Positions 8,480 through 20,599 of a stretch of 64,000 nt of DNA are shown here, in pieces. Source of the DNA: Candidatus Eiseniibacteriota bacterium (lineage in GTDB: Bacteria > Eisenbacteria > RBG-16-71-46 > CAVPCR01); the NCBI GenBank assembly GCA_963823555.1, contig CAWGMA010000003.1, positions 288,001-352,000 on the forward strand, in the 5' to 3' direction. The position numbers were made by a program, and so were the translations under genes. A model generated the notes under the pieces. That model had not been told where the DNA came from. It saw nothing but the letters and a program-made list of their open reading frames with translations, and searched no databases. Every line of letters starts with the position of its first letter. Positions within the stretch are counted from its first letter, which is position 1.

Positions 8480-10983
8480 TGTCCCGAGCCTTCGATCTCT
8501 TTGCCCGGATGGAGGCCGATCCTGGACCCGGACGCGAGGCCGGCTGGGTCCGGAATTTCCTCTCCTCCGCCCAGTGCGATCCCGACTATCGCGGCGAGCT
8601 CAAGCATGTCGCCGAGCTGGCGCCACGCGGCACCGCCTACGCGGAGCCCGAGCCGCCGTTGCCGGCGGCTCTCGTCGAGATGCTCGACCGGCTCGAGATT
8701 CCCCGCCTCTACACCCATCAGGTGGAGGCGCTCGGCAACGCGCGGGCCGGCAGGGATCAGGTGGTGCTGACGGGAACAGCCAGCGGGAAGACCCTGGCCT
8801 ACAACCTGCCGATTCTCGAGACATTGCTCGCCGATCCCGGAGCCACGGCGCTCTACGTCTTTCCCACCAAGGCGCTGGCCCAGGACCAGCTCAAGAGCCT
8901 GAACCGGCTGGCCGCCGCCTCGCCCGCGCTCTGCGAGCTCATGCGCGCCGGCGTCTACGATGGCGACACCGGGCAGCATGCACGCAAGAAGTTGCGTGAG
9001 TCCGCCAATCTCATCCTCACCAACCCGGACATGTTGCATCAGGGGATCTTGCCCTACCACACGCGCTTCAGTCGGTTCCTGAGCGGGCTCGCCTTCATCG
9101 TCATCGATGAGATCCATGTCTACCGGGGCATCTTCGGCTCGCAGGTCGCCAACGTGTTGCGCCGTCTCGACCGTCTGGCGGCTCACTACGGGGCCGCGCC
9201 GCGGGTGATCGCTTCCTCGGCGACCATCGGCAATGCCGCGGCGCTCGCCAGCCGGCTCCTCGGCCGCCCGGCGACCGCAGTCGAGGTCGATGGGGCCCCC
9301 CGCGGCCGCCGCACCCTCGCCTTCTGGAACCCGGCTCCGCTCGATCCCGCCGGGCTCACCCGGCGCTCCGCCAACCTCGATGCGGCGCGTCATCTCGCCG
9401 CCCTCATCGGCCGGGGCGTGGCGACCATCGCCTTCACCAAGTCCCGGGTCGCCGCGGAGCTCGTCTATCGCTATGCGCGCGAGGCGCTCGCCGCCCGTGG
9501 CGGCGGCCTCGCCGAGCGGCTGAGCCCGTACCGCTCCGGCTATCTGCCGGCGGAACGCCGCGCCATCGAGAGGCGGTTGTTCTCGGGAGAGCTGGTCGGG
9601 GTGGTCGCCACCAATGCGCTCGAGCTCGGCATCGATGTCGGCGGCCTCGATGCCGCCATCCTCGTCGGTTTCCCATCGACGATCGCCAGCGCCTGGCAGC
9701 AGATCGGGCGCGCCGGCCGCGGACTCAGGGAGAGCCTGGCCCTGGTCGTGGCCCACGAGGATCCGATCGATCAGTTCCTGGTGCGCCACCCCGGGGCATT
9801 CCTCGCGCGCTCGCCGGAGTGTGCGGTGATCGACCCCGAGAATCCCTACATTCTCGCCGGCCAGCTCGGATGCGCGGCGCACGAGCTACCGCTCACTGCG
9901 GCGGATCTTTCGTTGTTCGGGTCGCTGGCCTTGCCCGTAGCCGACCTCCTCACCGATGAAGGGCGGTTGGCGGCGCAATCGGGCCTCCGCTTCTGGTCGT
10001 CCCCGGAATCGCCGTCGCATGGCATCAATCTGCGAGCCGTCTCCGACGATACGTACACGATCCAGGATATCGCTCGGAGTGGGAGCGTCGTGGGTACCGT
10101 GGATGCCATCAGCGGCCTCGAGCTCGTCTATCCCGAGGCGGTCTACTTGCACGAGGGCGAGAGCTTCATCGTGCGCGAGCTCGATCTCACCGAGAAGATC
10201 GCCCTCGTGGAACGCCGGGAGGTCGACTACTACACGCAGCCTGTGCTCGACACGGCGATCCGGGTGCTCGGCGAGGACTCGCGCCGCTCGCTCGGTATCG
10301 AGCCCGAGGCACAGGGCGAGTCGCATGGAGTCCCGAGCGCCGGCATCGCCGGCGGCGCGACACCGCTCCTCGGCTTCGGCGAGGTCGAGGTGAGCTGGCA
10401 GACCATTGCCATGAAGAAGATCCAGTTCCGGACCCGCGAGGCCATCGGCTATCACCCGCTCGATCTGCCCCGGCTCACCCTTCTCACTCGCGCGATGTGG
10501 CTGTGGGTGGGAGAGAACGCGATGGCGGTGGCGAGTCGCGACGGGTCGCCTTACCGCGCGCTCGGCGGCTTGCGCAATCTCCTCGTCACCGTGTTGCCGA
10601 TGCATGCCATGTGCGATCCCATGGATCTCGGTGGTGTCATCGACGCCAGAAACCTCGGCCGGCCGGCGATCTTTCTCTTCGATCGCTATCCTGGCGGACT
10701 CGGCTTCGCCGAGCATGGCTACACGCGATGCGAGGAGATCCTCGCCGCCGCCGAGGAGCTGGCGCGCGATTGTCCATGTGCCGATGGCTGCCCGTCCTGT
10801 GTCGCGTTGCCGATCCTGCGTCCTGCCCAGCAGCAGGATCCGGATCTCGGCCACGGCCACCCGATCCCGAGCAAATCGGCCACCCTCAAGCTTCTCGAGG
10901 CGCTTCGCCGCGAATCGGGGATCGCGGGTGTCGAGATCGGCAGCGGTGGCCAGCGGGCTGATGGCGCCGATCGTGATGCGTGA
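8479..10983 (+). CDS. mrfA: DEAD/DEAH-box helicase with C-terminal DUF1998 Zn domain (MrfA/YprA/Hrq1-like)
   Basis: LYTHQ, TGTASGKT, PTKALAQDQ, DEIH, SATIGN, TNALELGIDVG and QQIGRAGR motifs; C-terminal C...CPCADGCPSC. ATG overlaps the DUF72 stop (TGATG). Confidence 0.92.
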   Translation: MSRAFDLFARMEADPGPGREAGWVRNFLSSAQCDPDYRGELKHVAELAPRGTAYAEPEPPLPAALVEMLDRLEIPRLYTHQVEALGNARAGRDQVVLTGTASGKTLAYNLPILETLLADPGATALYVFPTKALAQDQLKSLNRLAAASPALCELMRAGVYDGDTGQHARKKLRESANLILTNPDMLHQGILPYHTRFSRFLSGLAFIVIDEIHVYRGIFGSQVANVLRRLDRLAAHYGAAPRVIASSATIGNAAALASRLLGRPATAVEVDGAPRGRRTLAFWNPAPLDPAGLTRRSANLDAARHLAALIGRGVATIAFTKSRVAAELVYRYAREALAARGGGLAERLSPYRSGYLPAERRAIERRLFSGELVGVVATNALELGIDVGGLDAAILVGFPSTIASAWQQIGRAGRGLRESLALVVAHEDPIDQFLVRHPGAFLARSPECAVIDPENPYILAGQLGCAAHELPLTAADLSLFGSLALPVADLLTDEGRLAAQSGLRFWSSPESPSHGINLRAVSDDTYTIQDIARSGSVVGTVDAISGLELVYPEAVYLHEGESFIVRELDLTEKIALVERREVDYYTQPVLDTAIRVLGEDSRRSLGIEPEAQGESHGVPSAGIAGGATPLLGFGEVEVSWQTIAMKKIQFRTREAIGYHPLDLPRLTLLTRAMWLWVGENAMAVASRDGSPYRALGGLRNLLVTVLPMHAMCDPMDLGGVIDARNLGRPAIFLFDRYPGGLGFAEHGYTRCEEILAAAEELARDCPCADGCPSCVALPILRPAQQQDPDLGHGHPIPSKSATLKLLEALRRESGIAGVEIGSGGQRADGADRDA

Positions 10984-11956
10984 AGGGACGAGCCGGGCCG
11001 CGACCGGCGGGCGATCCGGCGGCGAGAGCCTCACGCGGCGTCTCGGCGCGCTCCTGCGCGAGCGCCGATCACCGAGCGCAGGCGCAGCCGGTGGGCCACC
11101 GGCCGGCTCGTGGCCGGTGGACGGCGGGCTCTCCATTCCTGCCGCGCCTGGAACGCGGACCCCGATCCGTCGCGACCGGCCCCGACTCGATGGGCTCTTG
11201 CCTGGCGGCGAAGTGGAGACACCACTCGGCCCGCTTCACCTCCACGAGGTTTGGCGCGGGGCGGGAGATCAGGGATATGCGCGTCTCCTCGCCAAGCTGG
11301 CCGACGCCCGCGAGCGGCTTTCCCTTACCGCTCCGGGCTGGCTCAGCGGGGAGTTTCTGGACTTGAAGGAGCAGGGCCTGGAGGGAGCCTTGCTGCTCGA
11401 TCTGGAAACCGCCGGTCTCGCCGGGAATCCGGTCTTCCTGGCCGGTCTACTCACGATGAGTCCGGAGGGTATCCGGCTCCGCCAGCTGCTTGCGCGCAAC
11501 TACCTCGAGGAGCCGGCCCTGATCGCGATGGTCGCCGCAGCGGTGCGAGCGCATCCGCTGCTGGTGAGCTACAACGGGAAGTCCTTCGATCTGCCCATGC
11601 TCGTCGATCGCGCCTGTCGCCACCGGATGTCCTTCCCTTCTCCCCCTTCCCATCTCGATCTCTTGCATCACGCCCGGCGGGCATTCCGGGGGCGGGTCCC
11701 GAACTGCCGGCTCGTGACCCTCGAGTGGCTCGTGTGCGAGCGGCGTCGCTTCGGGGATGTGCCGGGCAGGGAGATACCCGGTCTGTTTCATCGCTTTGCG
11801 CGTGACGGCGATCCGACAGCGATGAGCGCGGTTCTGCACCACAATGCGCTCGATCTGGTGACCCTGGCCGAGCTACTGGCCCATCTGGTGCCTCATCCGC
11901 CCGGACCTCGCTTCGTGCCGGACGAAGCACCCGGGCTCGAGGACTGGCCGGCCTGA
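10976..11956 (+). CDS. mrfB: RNase H-like (DEDD) exonuclease, MrfB/YprB-like
   Basis: LDLETAGL, LVSYNGKSFDLP, HLDLLH and HNALDL motifs. Overlaps the helicase 3' end. Confidence 0.88.
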   Translation: MREGTSRAATGGRSGGESLTRRLGALLRERRSPSAGAAGGPPAGSWPVDGGLSIPAAPGTRTPIRRDRPRLDGLLPGGEVETPLGPLHLHEVWRGAGDQGYARLLAKLADARERLSLTAPGWLSGEFLDLKEQGLEGALLLDLETAGLAGNPVFLAGLLTMSPEGIRLRQLLARNYLEEPALIAMVAAAVRAHPLLVSYNGKSFDLPMLVDRACRHRMSFPSPPSHLDLLHHARRAFRGRVPNCRLVTLEWLVCERRRFGDVPGREIPGLFHRFARDGDPTAMSAVLHHNALDLVTLAELLAHLVPHPPGPRFVPDEAPGLEDWPA

Positions 11957-12243
11957 TCGAGGCTCCATGTCGACAGGTCGACGCGTCGCGGACCATGCGT
12001 CCGAGTACCGACATGTCTCAACGCCCGGGAAGGCACGAATCGCCCTCCTCGGGAGCCGCCGTGCAGGGGTCGAATTGGCTCGGAGCTTGCAGATGCCCAT
12101 GAAGCGAATGCTCGCATCGTGATGGCGGCTGCGGGATCCGGGCCTCTTCCGGGGTCGGGGGCCCGGACCGCAGCCGTCATCGCGGTCGCGCTCAGCAAGT
12201 TCTTCAGACCCTCCCGCTTTCATCTCCTCATGTCCCGCCTCGG

Positions 12244-12273
12244 TTGACTGCTTCGCAATCTGCGTGCTAGTTT
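12244..12273 (+). promoter_or_regulatory. Putative sigma70 promoter upstream of the wHTH gene
   Basis: TTGACT-18 nt-TAGTTT with an extended -10 TG. Confidence 0.4.
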
Positions 12274-12409
12274 TCCATCCCCCTAAGTTTACCGAGGCGC
12301 GGGAACGCGCGACGGGCCGGAGAAGGGATTCGCGGCCGGCACGCTCGCGCCAGTCAATGGCCAGGGGCGATACCTCGATGCCATTGCGTGACTTGAATAG
12401 AGGAGGAAA

Positions 12410-12634
12410 GTGATCGCCATGAGGGATCGCATCGGACTTGCAGCAGGTGACATCTGGCAGTGCCTCCAGAAGGAAGGCGGTTCGGCGTCTCTGGCCAAGG
12501 TGCGCGAGAAGACAGGACTCGATACCGAGAGCGCGTACCTGGCGCTTGGATGGCTCGCGCGTGAAGAGAAGATTTCGATCGAGAAGCGCGGGCGCAGCGT
12601 TCGCATTTCACTCACCGAGGTGCTAGCGCACTGA
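12410..12634 (+). CDS. Small winged helix-turn-helix protein (DUF2582-like)
   Basis: IGLAAGDIWQCL...LALGWLAREEKI signature; strong RBS GAGGAGG before the GTG. Confidence 0.85.
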   Translation: MIAMRDRIGLAAGDIWQCLQKEGGSASLAKVREKTGLDTESAYLALGWLAREEKISIEKRGRSVRISLTEVLAH

Positions 12635-12668
12635 TTCTCCCGCATCATCCAAGTCAAGCCGAATCGTC

Positions 12669-12698
12669 TTGACCGGATCTTGATGACGATGCTAGAAT
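12669..12698 (+). promoter_or_regulatory. Putative sigma70 promoter of the cold-shock gene
   Basis: TTGACC-18 nt-TAGAAT with an extended -10 TG, about 210 nt upstream of the start. Confidence 0.6.
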
Positions 12699-12916
12699 CC
12701 GGTCCATGCGGTGGTGAGGATCTGGATTCCGCACCGCGGCCGCAGCCTGGTACTACGAAGTGCAGTTCTTCAGTTCGACCATGAGTTTTTCGGGCCTTCC
12801 CTGATCAGGGGAGGCCCTTTCTTGCTTGGTTTTGCGGTGCCGCTGCTCGCGCGGCGGCGCCGGGTTGATGCGGTCCATCCCGCTCCCACTCCTTCCGGTC
12901 ACAGGAGGACCCGCTC

Positions 12917-13120
12917 GTGAGATCACAAGGCTCCGTCAAATGGTTCAACGAGGCCAAGGGCTACGGATTCATCAAGCTAGAGACCGGAGACGACGTCTTC
13001 GTCCACTACTCGGCCATCCAGTGTGAAGGGTTCAAGACGCTGGCAGAGGGCCAGAGCGTCGAGTTCGATCTGGTGGAAGGCCAGAAGGGCAAGCAAGCCG
13101 CCAACGTGATCAAGGTCTAG
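12917..13120 (+). CDS. cspA: Cold-shock protein (CSD)
   Basis: [15 protein letters not shown] (RNP1), DVFVHYSAI (RNP2) and [18 protein letters not shown]. Confidence 0.97.
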   Translation: MRSQGSVKWFNEAKGYGFIKLETGDDVFVHYSAIQCEGFKTLAEGQSVEFDLVEGQKGKQAANVIKV

Positions 13121-13189
13121 TGAAGTCACGGCGTGTCCCCGCGGTCGTGACCGCGAGGACAGCCTGATAGGAAGGGCCGCAAGACGGAG

Positions 13190-13231
13190 CGAGGCCCGGT
13201 GGACCGATGAGCCCACCGGGCCTCGTCCTTT
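13190..13231 (+). terminator. Putative intrinsic terminator after the csp gene
   Basis: 13-bp perfect stem CGAGGCCCGGTGG/CCACCGGGCCTCG followed by TCCTTT. Confidence 0.55.
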
Positions 13232-13357
13232 GGGGTCCCGACCCCGGTCGGGGCCGTTCGGGCCTGGCGATCGGGCGCCGCCGGTCCCTGAGCCAATCGG
13301 TTTCCGTGATGCGCCATTGGCGGTAGAGTTGCCCCATACCCCGGAGCGAGGTGCGCC

Positions 13358-14569
13358 ATGAGTGAAGAGGAGTCTGGGATCCTGTCGAGACCGACCAGGG
13401 GGCATGGTCGGGCCAGCCTCAAGTCGGTCGGCGAGCGGGCGCTGGTTAGCGAGGTCATCGCCCAGCTCGCTCGAAGACGGCCGGCGGATGGGGCGGATGG
13501 TGCCGGACGGGGGTCCGAGCCGCCCCTCGTGGTCGGGCCCGGAGATGACGCCGCCGCGTTCCTCCTGCCGGCAGGGGAAGCCTGCATCGTGACGACGGAC
13601 TCTCTCGTCGAGGGCGTCCACTTCGAGCGCGCCTGGACCACCCCCACCGATCTCGGCTACAAGCTCATCCAGAGCGCCGTGAGCGACATCGGCGCGATGG
13701 GTGGTCACCCGCTCGCCGCGGTTGTCGCCATTTCCGCGCCGAGCGCGATGCTCGAGCACGAGTTCCTCGACATGACCGCCGGGATGGTCGAGGCCGGGGA
13801 CCGCCACCATCTGGTGGTGCTGGGGGGGGACACCACGTCGTCTTCCATGCTCGTCGTCACGGCCACCATTCTCGGCAGCGCCGCCCCTCAGGCGCTGCGG
13901 GCGCGCAGCGGGGCCCGCGCCGGGGACCGGATCCTGGTCACCGGGGAGCTCGGCGACGCCGCGGCCGGGCTCCGCGTCCTGGCCGAGCTCAAGCGGCTCG
14001 AGCCCCCGCCCGCGCCCGCAGCCCACGGCTGGCTGCGCGCGGCCAGCCCGCTCGCCGATCTGGATCGGCGCCTGGCCGCACGTCATGTCGTTCCGCGCGC
14101 CGATAGCCCGGAGGCCCATGAGCTGGCCGGCGCGGTGCGCCGCTTTCTACGGCCCATACCTCCGGTCGCTGCCGGTGCGGCGGCCGCGGCCGCTGGCGCC
14201 ACCGCGCTCATCGATATCTCGGATGGCCTGGCTTCGGAGCTGCATCTGATCGCCGAGGCCAGTCAGGTGGGCGTGATTCTCGATGAATCGGCCGTGCCCA
14301 TCGGTGCCGGAGCGCGCCGTCTTGCGATTTCACACGGTGACGATCCGCTCGTCCTCGCCCTCCATGGTGGAGAGGACTATGAGCTCCTGATGACGGTGCC
14401 GGCCGATCACGTCCACGCCGTCACCGACGCGCTCGCGGCGCTCGGAGTGCGCTTGACCGAGATCGGAGAGGTCGTGCTCAAGGAGTCCGGGCTCACCATC
14501 CGGGTTCCGGGCCGTCCGCCACGCCCGCTCGATCACGGCGGCTACGAGCACTTCCGCGAGGCCAGGTAG
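13358..14569 (+). CDS. thiL: Thiamine-monophosphate kinase
   Basis: GPGDDAA, TTDSLVEGVHF, SDIGAMGG, GGDTT, DISDGLASEL and GGEDYELL motifs. Confidence 0.95.
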   Translation: MSEEESGILSRPTRGHGRASLKSVGERALVSEVIAQLARRRPADGADGAGRGSEPPLVVGPGDDAAAFLLPAGEACIVTTDSLVEGVHFERAWTTPTDLGYKLIQSAVSDIGAMGGHPLAAVVAISAPSAMLEHEFLDMTAGMVEAGDRHHLVVLGGDTTSSSMLVVTATILGSAAPQALRARSGARAGDRILVTGELGDAAAGLRVLAELKRLEPPPAPAAHGWLRAASPLADLDRRLAARHVVPRADSPEAHELAGAVRRFLRPIPPVAAGAAAAAAGATALIDISDGLASELHLIAEASQVGVILDESAVPIGAGARRLAISHGDDPLVLALHGGEDYELLMTVPADHVHAVTDALAALGVRLTEIGEVVLKESGLTIRVPGRPPRPLDHGGYEHFREAR

Positions 14570-14580
14570 CAACCCGGGGA

Positions 14581-15351
14581 CTATTCCTCGCTGCTCTCAC
14601 GGCCGAGGAAGCGGCGTGAGAGCTCGCTGCGCAGGGTCCCGGCGTCGAGACGCCTGATCAGCTTGCCATCCGAGGCGATCGAGATCGCCCCGGTCTCTTC
14701 CGAGACCACGACCACGACCGCATCGGTCTCCTCAGCCAGGCCCAGCGCCGCGCGGTGGCGGGTCCCGATGGTCTGGGAAAGACGTGGATTCTGCGACAGC
14801 GGCAGGATGCACCCGGCGGCGACGACGCGGTCGCCGTGGAGGATCACCGCTCCGTCATGGAGCGTGGTCCGCGGGGTGAAGATGGTGAGCAAGAGTTCCG
14901 AGGTCACGGCGGCGTCCAGGCGGGTCCCCGTCTCCACGTAGTTGCGCAGCCCCATCGTCCGCTCGAGAACGATCAGGCCGCCGATCTTCTCCTCGGACAT
15001 CTCCTCGACCGCCTTCACGATCTCGCCGAGCACGGCATAGCGGGTGCCGGTCACGAGCGGGGCGAACAACCGGCTCTGTCCGATCTGGGCCAGTCCGCGC
15101 CGGAGCTCGGGCTGGAACAGGATGAGGAAGGCCACCACCCACACCGTCTTCAGGTTGGAGATGAGCCAGTTGAGCCCCCCGAGTTCGAGCCAGTCCGCGG
15201 TGATCGAGAGGACGACGAGGGTCAAGAGGCCGATGAACATCTGGGCCGCCCGCGTGCCGCGGATGAGCAGCAACAGGCGATAGATGAGCACCGAGATCAA
15301 TGCGATGTCGATGACGACGAAGACCCAGTTGAGGGCGAAGACATGGCTCAT
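14581..15351 (-). CDS. cdaA: Diadenylate cyclase CdaA/DacA
   Basis: Three N-terminal TM helices, FQPELRRGL, LHDGA (DGA) and GTRHRAA (RHR) motifs. Confidence 0.95.
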   Translation of the reverse strand: MSHVFALNWVFVVIDIALISVLIYRLLLLIRGTRAAQMFIGLLTLVVLSITADWLELGGLNWLISNLKTVWVVAFLILFQPELRRGLAQIGQSRLFAPLVTGTRYAVLGEIVKAVEEMSEEKIGGLIVLERTMGLRNYVETGTRLDAAVTSELLLTIFTPRTTLHDGAVILHGDRVVAAGCILPLSQNPRLSQTIGTRHRAALGLAEETDAVVVVVSEETGAISIASDGKLIRRLDAGTLRSELSRRFLGRESSEE

Positions 15352-16263
15352 CACCGGCTCCCGGTGTCCTCGGCCGTGCTCCTGGCGCCGCGGATCGCGG
15401 CTGCCAGGCGGACCGCGCGCGCCGTGGCCTTGACATCATGGACCCTGAGGACGTGGGCTCCGGCGAGCACGGCGGCCACCGCCGCGGCCACACTGCCCTC
15501 GAGTCGATCTCCAACCTCGACATCGAGGATCTTCCCGATGAACGACTTGCGCGAGGCACCGACGAGTATGGGCTGCCCGAGCCGCGCCAGCTCACCGAGA
15601 CGAGCCAGGAGCGCGAGGTTGCCCTCGACGCTCTTGCCAAACCCGATGCCGGGGTCGATGAGGATGCGCGATCGCGGCATTCCCGTGGCCGCGGCGCGGT
15701 TCACCGCGGCAGCCAGGAAGGTGCTCACCTCATCGATGACGTCATCGTAGCGCGTATCGAGCTGCATCGTCTCGGGTGTTCCGCGCATGTGCATGAGGAC
15801 GAGACCCATCTCGTGGGAGGCGGCGATGCGCGCCAGGGCATCCGACTCGCCGAGCGCGGTGACGTCGTTGAGGCAATCGGCTCCGGCCCGGGCAGCGGCA
15901 AGAGCCACCTCGGGGCGGAACGTGTCCACCGAGAGCGGGAGGTCGACCGCGGCGCGGATCAGGTCGAGGGCCGGGATGAGGCGCTCCAGCTCCTCCGCGA
16001 TGGAGACCGGGATCGCCCCGGGGCGCGTGCTCACCGCACCGAGATCGATCAGATCCGCCCCCTCGGCGGCCATCGCGAGCGCCCGCTCCCGGGCTGCTTC
16101 CGGACTCGAGAAGCAACCGCCATCGGAGAAGGAATCGGGGGTCAGGTTGAGGATGCCCATGACCTGCGGGCGGCGGAGGTCGAGCCTCCGCCCGCGCAGA
16201 TCCAGGGAGGTCGGGGTGGGTCCGCCACCGTGGTGCGCGCCTGGGCCGCGGCTGCTTTCCCTG

Positions 16264-18416
<2,153 letters not shown>

Positions 18417-18420
<4 letters not shown>

Positions 18421-18998
18421 GAGTCTATTCTCTGCCTGCGATCTGAAGAATCGGAGCCGCCGCTGCCGCAGAGCGCGGCCACGAACGGTAGGTTGCGATA
18501 CTGCCCGGCGAGGTCCATCCCGTAGCCGATGACGAATCGGTTCGGAATGCGGAAGCCGATGAATTCCGGCTCCACAGCGTGCGGATCATCGATGTCCTTC
18601 ATGAGGAGGGCGCATACCTTGAGCGAGGCCGGATGGCGCAATTCCAGATAGTCGAGCAGGAAGCGCAAGGTGAGTCCGGTATCCACGATGTCTTCGACGA
18701 GGACCACATCCCGCCCCTTGACCTCGCTGCTCAGATCGTGCACCAGGCGCACGCGACCGCTTGATTCCGTGCGCTCGCCATAGCTCGACACGGCCAGGAA
18801 ATCGATCTCATGGGGCGTGGTCACCGCCCGCATGAGGTCTGAAAGGAACACGATGCCGCCCTTCAGAATGCTCACGAAGAGCGGATTCCTCCCCACGTAC
18901 TCCGCGGAAAGAACGGCCCCCATCTCGGCCACGCGCGCGGCGATGCGCTCGGCCGGAATCAGGACCTCGACCGCGCCCAGACCCGGCAGGGTGACCAG
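18417..18998 (-). CDS. hpt: Hypoxanthine phosphoribosyltransferase
   Basis: [29 protein letters not shown] and [13 protein letters not shown] motifs. Start is placed at a CTG behind the RBS AGGAAGG and is uncertain. Confidence 0.92.
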
Positions 18999-19009
18999 GG
19001 TCCCTTCCT

Positions 19010-20599
19010 CTACGACTTCAAGGCGGATATCCGTACCTCCACGGTCTCGACCGTGTTCGCAACCACGAGGGCATGGGCGCTCCGGCGACAGCCGGCCACC
19101 CACAGCACCCGTTCATCTTCGCCGCTCCCATCGACGAGGATGGGAACATGCGCCCGCAGGCGGCGGGGCACCCTCAGATCGATGAGGATGTCCTTGACCT
19201 TCTTGTCGGCCTCCATCCCCAGGGGGAGAATACGATCCCCCGCCCGCCGCGAGCGAATCGCCAGTGGCAACCGAAGCTCGGCGCGATTGAACACCGCCCG
19301 CGCGGGCGACTCTCCTTCCCCTCGTCCGACCCCCGCGGCTGTCCCCACACCGGTCACCGCCGGCGCCACCTTCCCGGTTCCAGAATAACCGCTAACCCTT
19401 TCATCGGCCGTCGATTCGGCGAGCTTGACGGGCCGCGACTCGATGCGCAGACCGAACTCGGAAAGGTCGATCGGACCCTCCAGGGGCAGGGGGGTGAAAG
19501 GGATGGGCTTGGCCTCTCCTGGGGGACCAGACCAGATGGATAGCTCGTTTCCTTCGCGGAGCCCAACCAGCTCGCCAGGGAGATCCACCTGACGACCGTG
19601 CCCCTGGGGAGCGGCCAGGGCCACCAGGGCGTCGACATGGTCGAATCCGATGCCGCGCAAGTCGTTGCGGAGAAGCAGGATGGCGTACCTCATGAGGTAT
19701 CGGCGCAGCACCTGATCGTATGAATTCAGGCGCGGGATATCAAGCACGACGCAGTCGGCGTGGGGCCCGGGGATCCGCGGCCAGGGGAGGTCCGGCCAGC
19801 ACGGATGCGATCGGCCCGTGGGCTCCGCCGCCTGACCGCGGTCGATCGGCCAGAGGGCGACCTCGGAGAAGACCTCCTCCACGCGTCGGGTCAGGTACTC
19901 GTCGACCTCGTGCATGAGCTCGGCGGTCCGCGACAGGGTGGCCACGATGGCCGGGTTGAATTCCGAGGCCAGGAGCGGCATCAGCACGTGTCGGGTGCGG
20001 TTCCGCGCCAGCCGGAGATCGCGATTGGTGCGATCGAGCCGGAATGCAATTCCGTGCTCGTTCAGGTAATCACGCGTGACATCGCGCGGCGTATCGAGCA
20101 TGGGACGCACCACGGCGGCTCCAGTGCGCTCGGCCAGGGAGGTCATGGCCTTGAGCCCGCGGGGACCGGCCCCGCGCATCAGGCGCATGAGCAGCGTTTC
20201 GGCCTGGTCATCCGCCGTATGTCCGATCACGATGTAGCGCGCCCGGTAGCGGTCTGCCACCTCGCCCAAGAAGGCGTAGCGCACGTTGCGAGCCGTCTCT
20301 TCCAGGCTCTCTCCGGGGCCTGGTCTCACCGGGCGGTAGGCGAATGCGGCCGGGATCCCCAGGCGTCCGGCGGTCTCACCGACCAGCGCCGCATCAGCGG
20401 TCGCCTCGTCGCCGCGCAGGCCATGGTCGAGATGGGCGACGACGAGATCGAGGTCGAGGGTCTTCTTGAGCTCCTCGAGCGCATGCAGCAGGGCCATCGA
20501 GTCCGGTCCACCGGAGACGGCAACGATGGCGACCCCGGGCTCCGGAAACAGCCGGCGGGTCCGGATCGTCTGGACCATCTGGCGCAGGAGCGAGTTCAT
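19010..20599 (-). CDS. tilS: tRNA(Ile)-lysidine synthetase
   Basis: AVSGGPDSMAL (PP-loop), HLDHGLR, ARNVRY, GHTADDQAET and RNRTR motifs; C-terminal KKVKDILID domain. Confidence 0.95.
   Translation of the reverse strand: MNSLLRQMVQTIRTRRLFPEPGVAIVAVSGGPDSMALLHALEELKKTLDLDLVVAHLDHGLRGDEATADAALVGETAGRLGIPAAFAYRPVRPGPGESLEETARNVRYAFLGEVADRYRARYIVIGHTADDQAETLLMRLMRGAGPRGLKAMTSLAERTGAAVVRPMLDTPRDVTRDYLNEHGIAFRLDRTNRDLRLARNRTRHVLMPLLASEFNPAIVATLSRTAELMHEVDEYLTRRVEEVFSEVALWPIDRGQAAEPTGRSHPCWPDLPWPRIPGPHADCVVLDIPRLNSYDQVLRRYLMRYAILLLRNDLRGIGFDHVDALVALAAPQGHGRQVDLPGELVGLREGNELSIWSGPPGEAKPIPFTPLPLEGPIDLSEFGLRIESRPVKLAESTADERVSGYSGTGKVAPAVTGVGTAAGVGRGEGESPARAVFNRAELRLPLAIRSRRAGDRILPLGMEADKKVKDILIDLRVPRRLRAHVPILVDGSGEDERVLWVAGCRRSAHALVVANTVETVEVRISALKS

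Noticed and set aside
11873..12223. 116-aa minus-strand ORF with a GAGGAG RBS
   Set aside because: Low-complexity sequence with no recognisable fold, overlapping the mrfB-like 3' end. It cannot be supported, though it is not excluded.
13230..13357. TPP riboswitch upstream of thiL
   Set aside because: The conserved CUGAGA and CCUGA..AAU..GCG.AGG core elements are not present.
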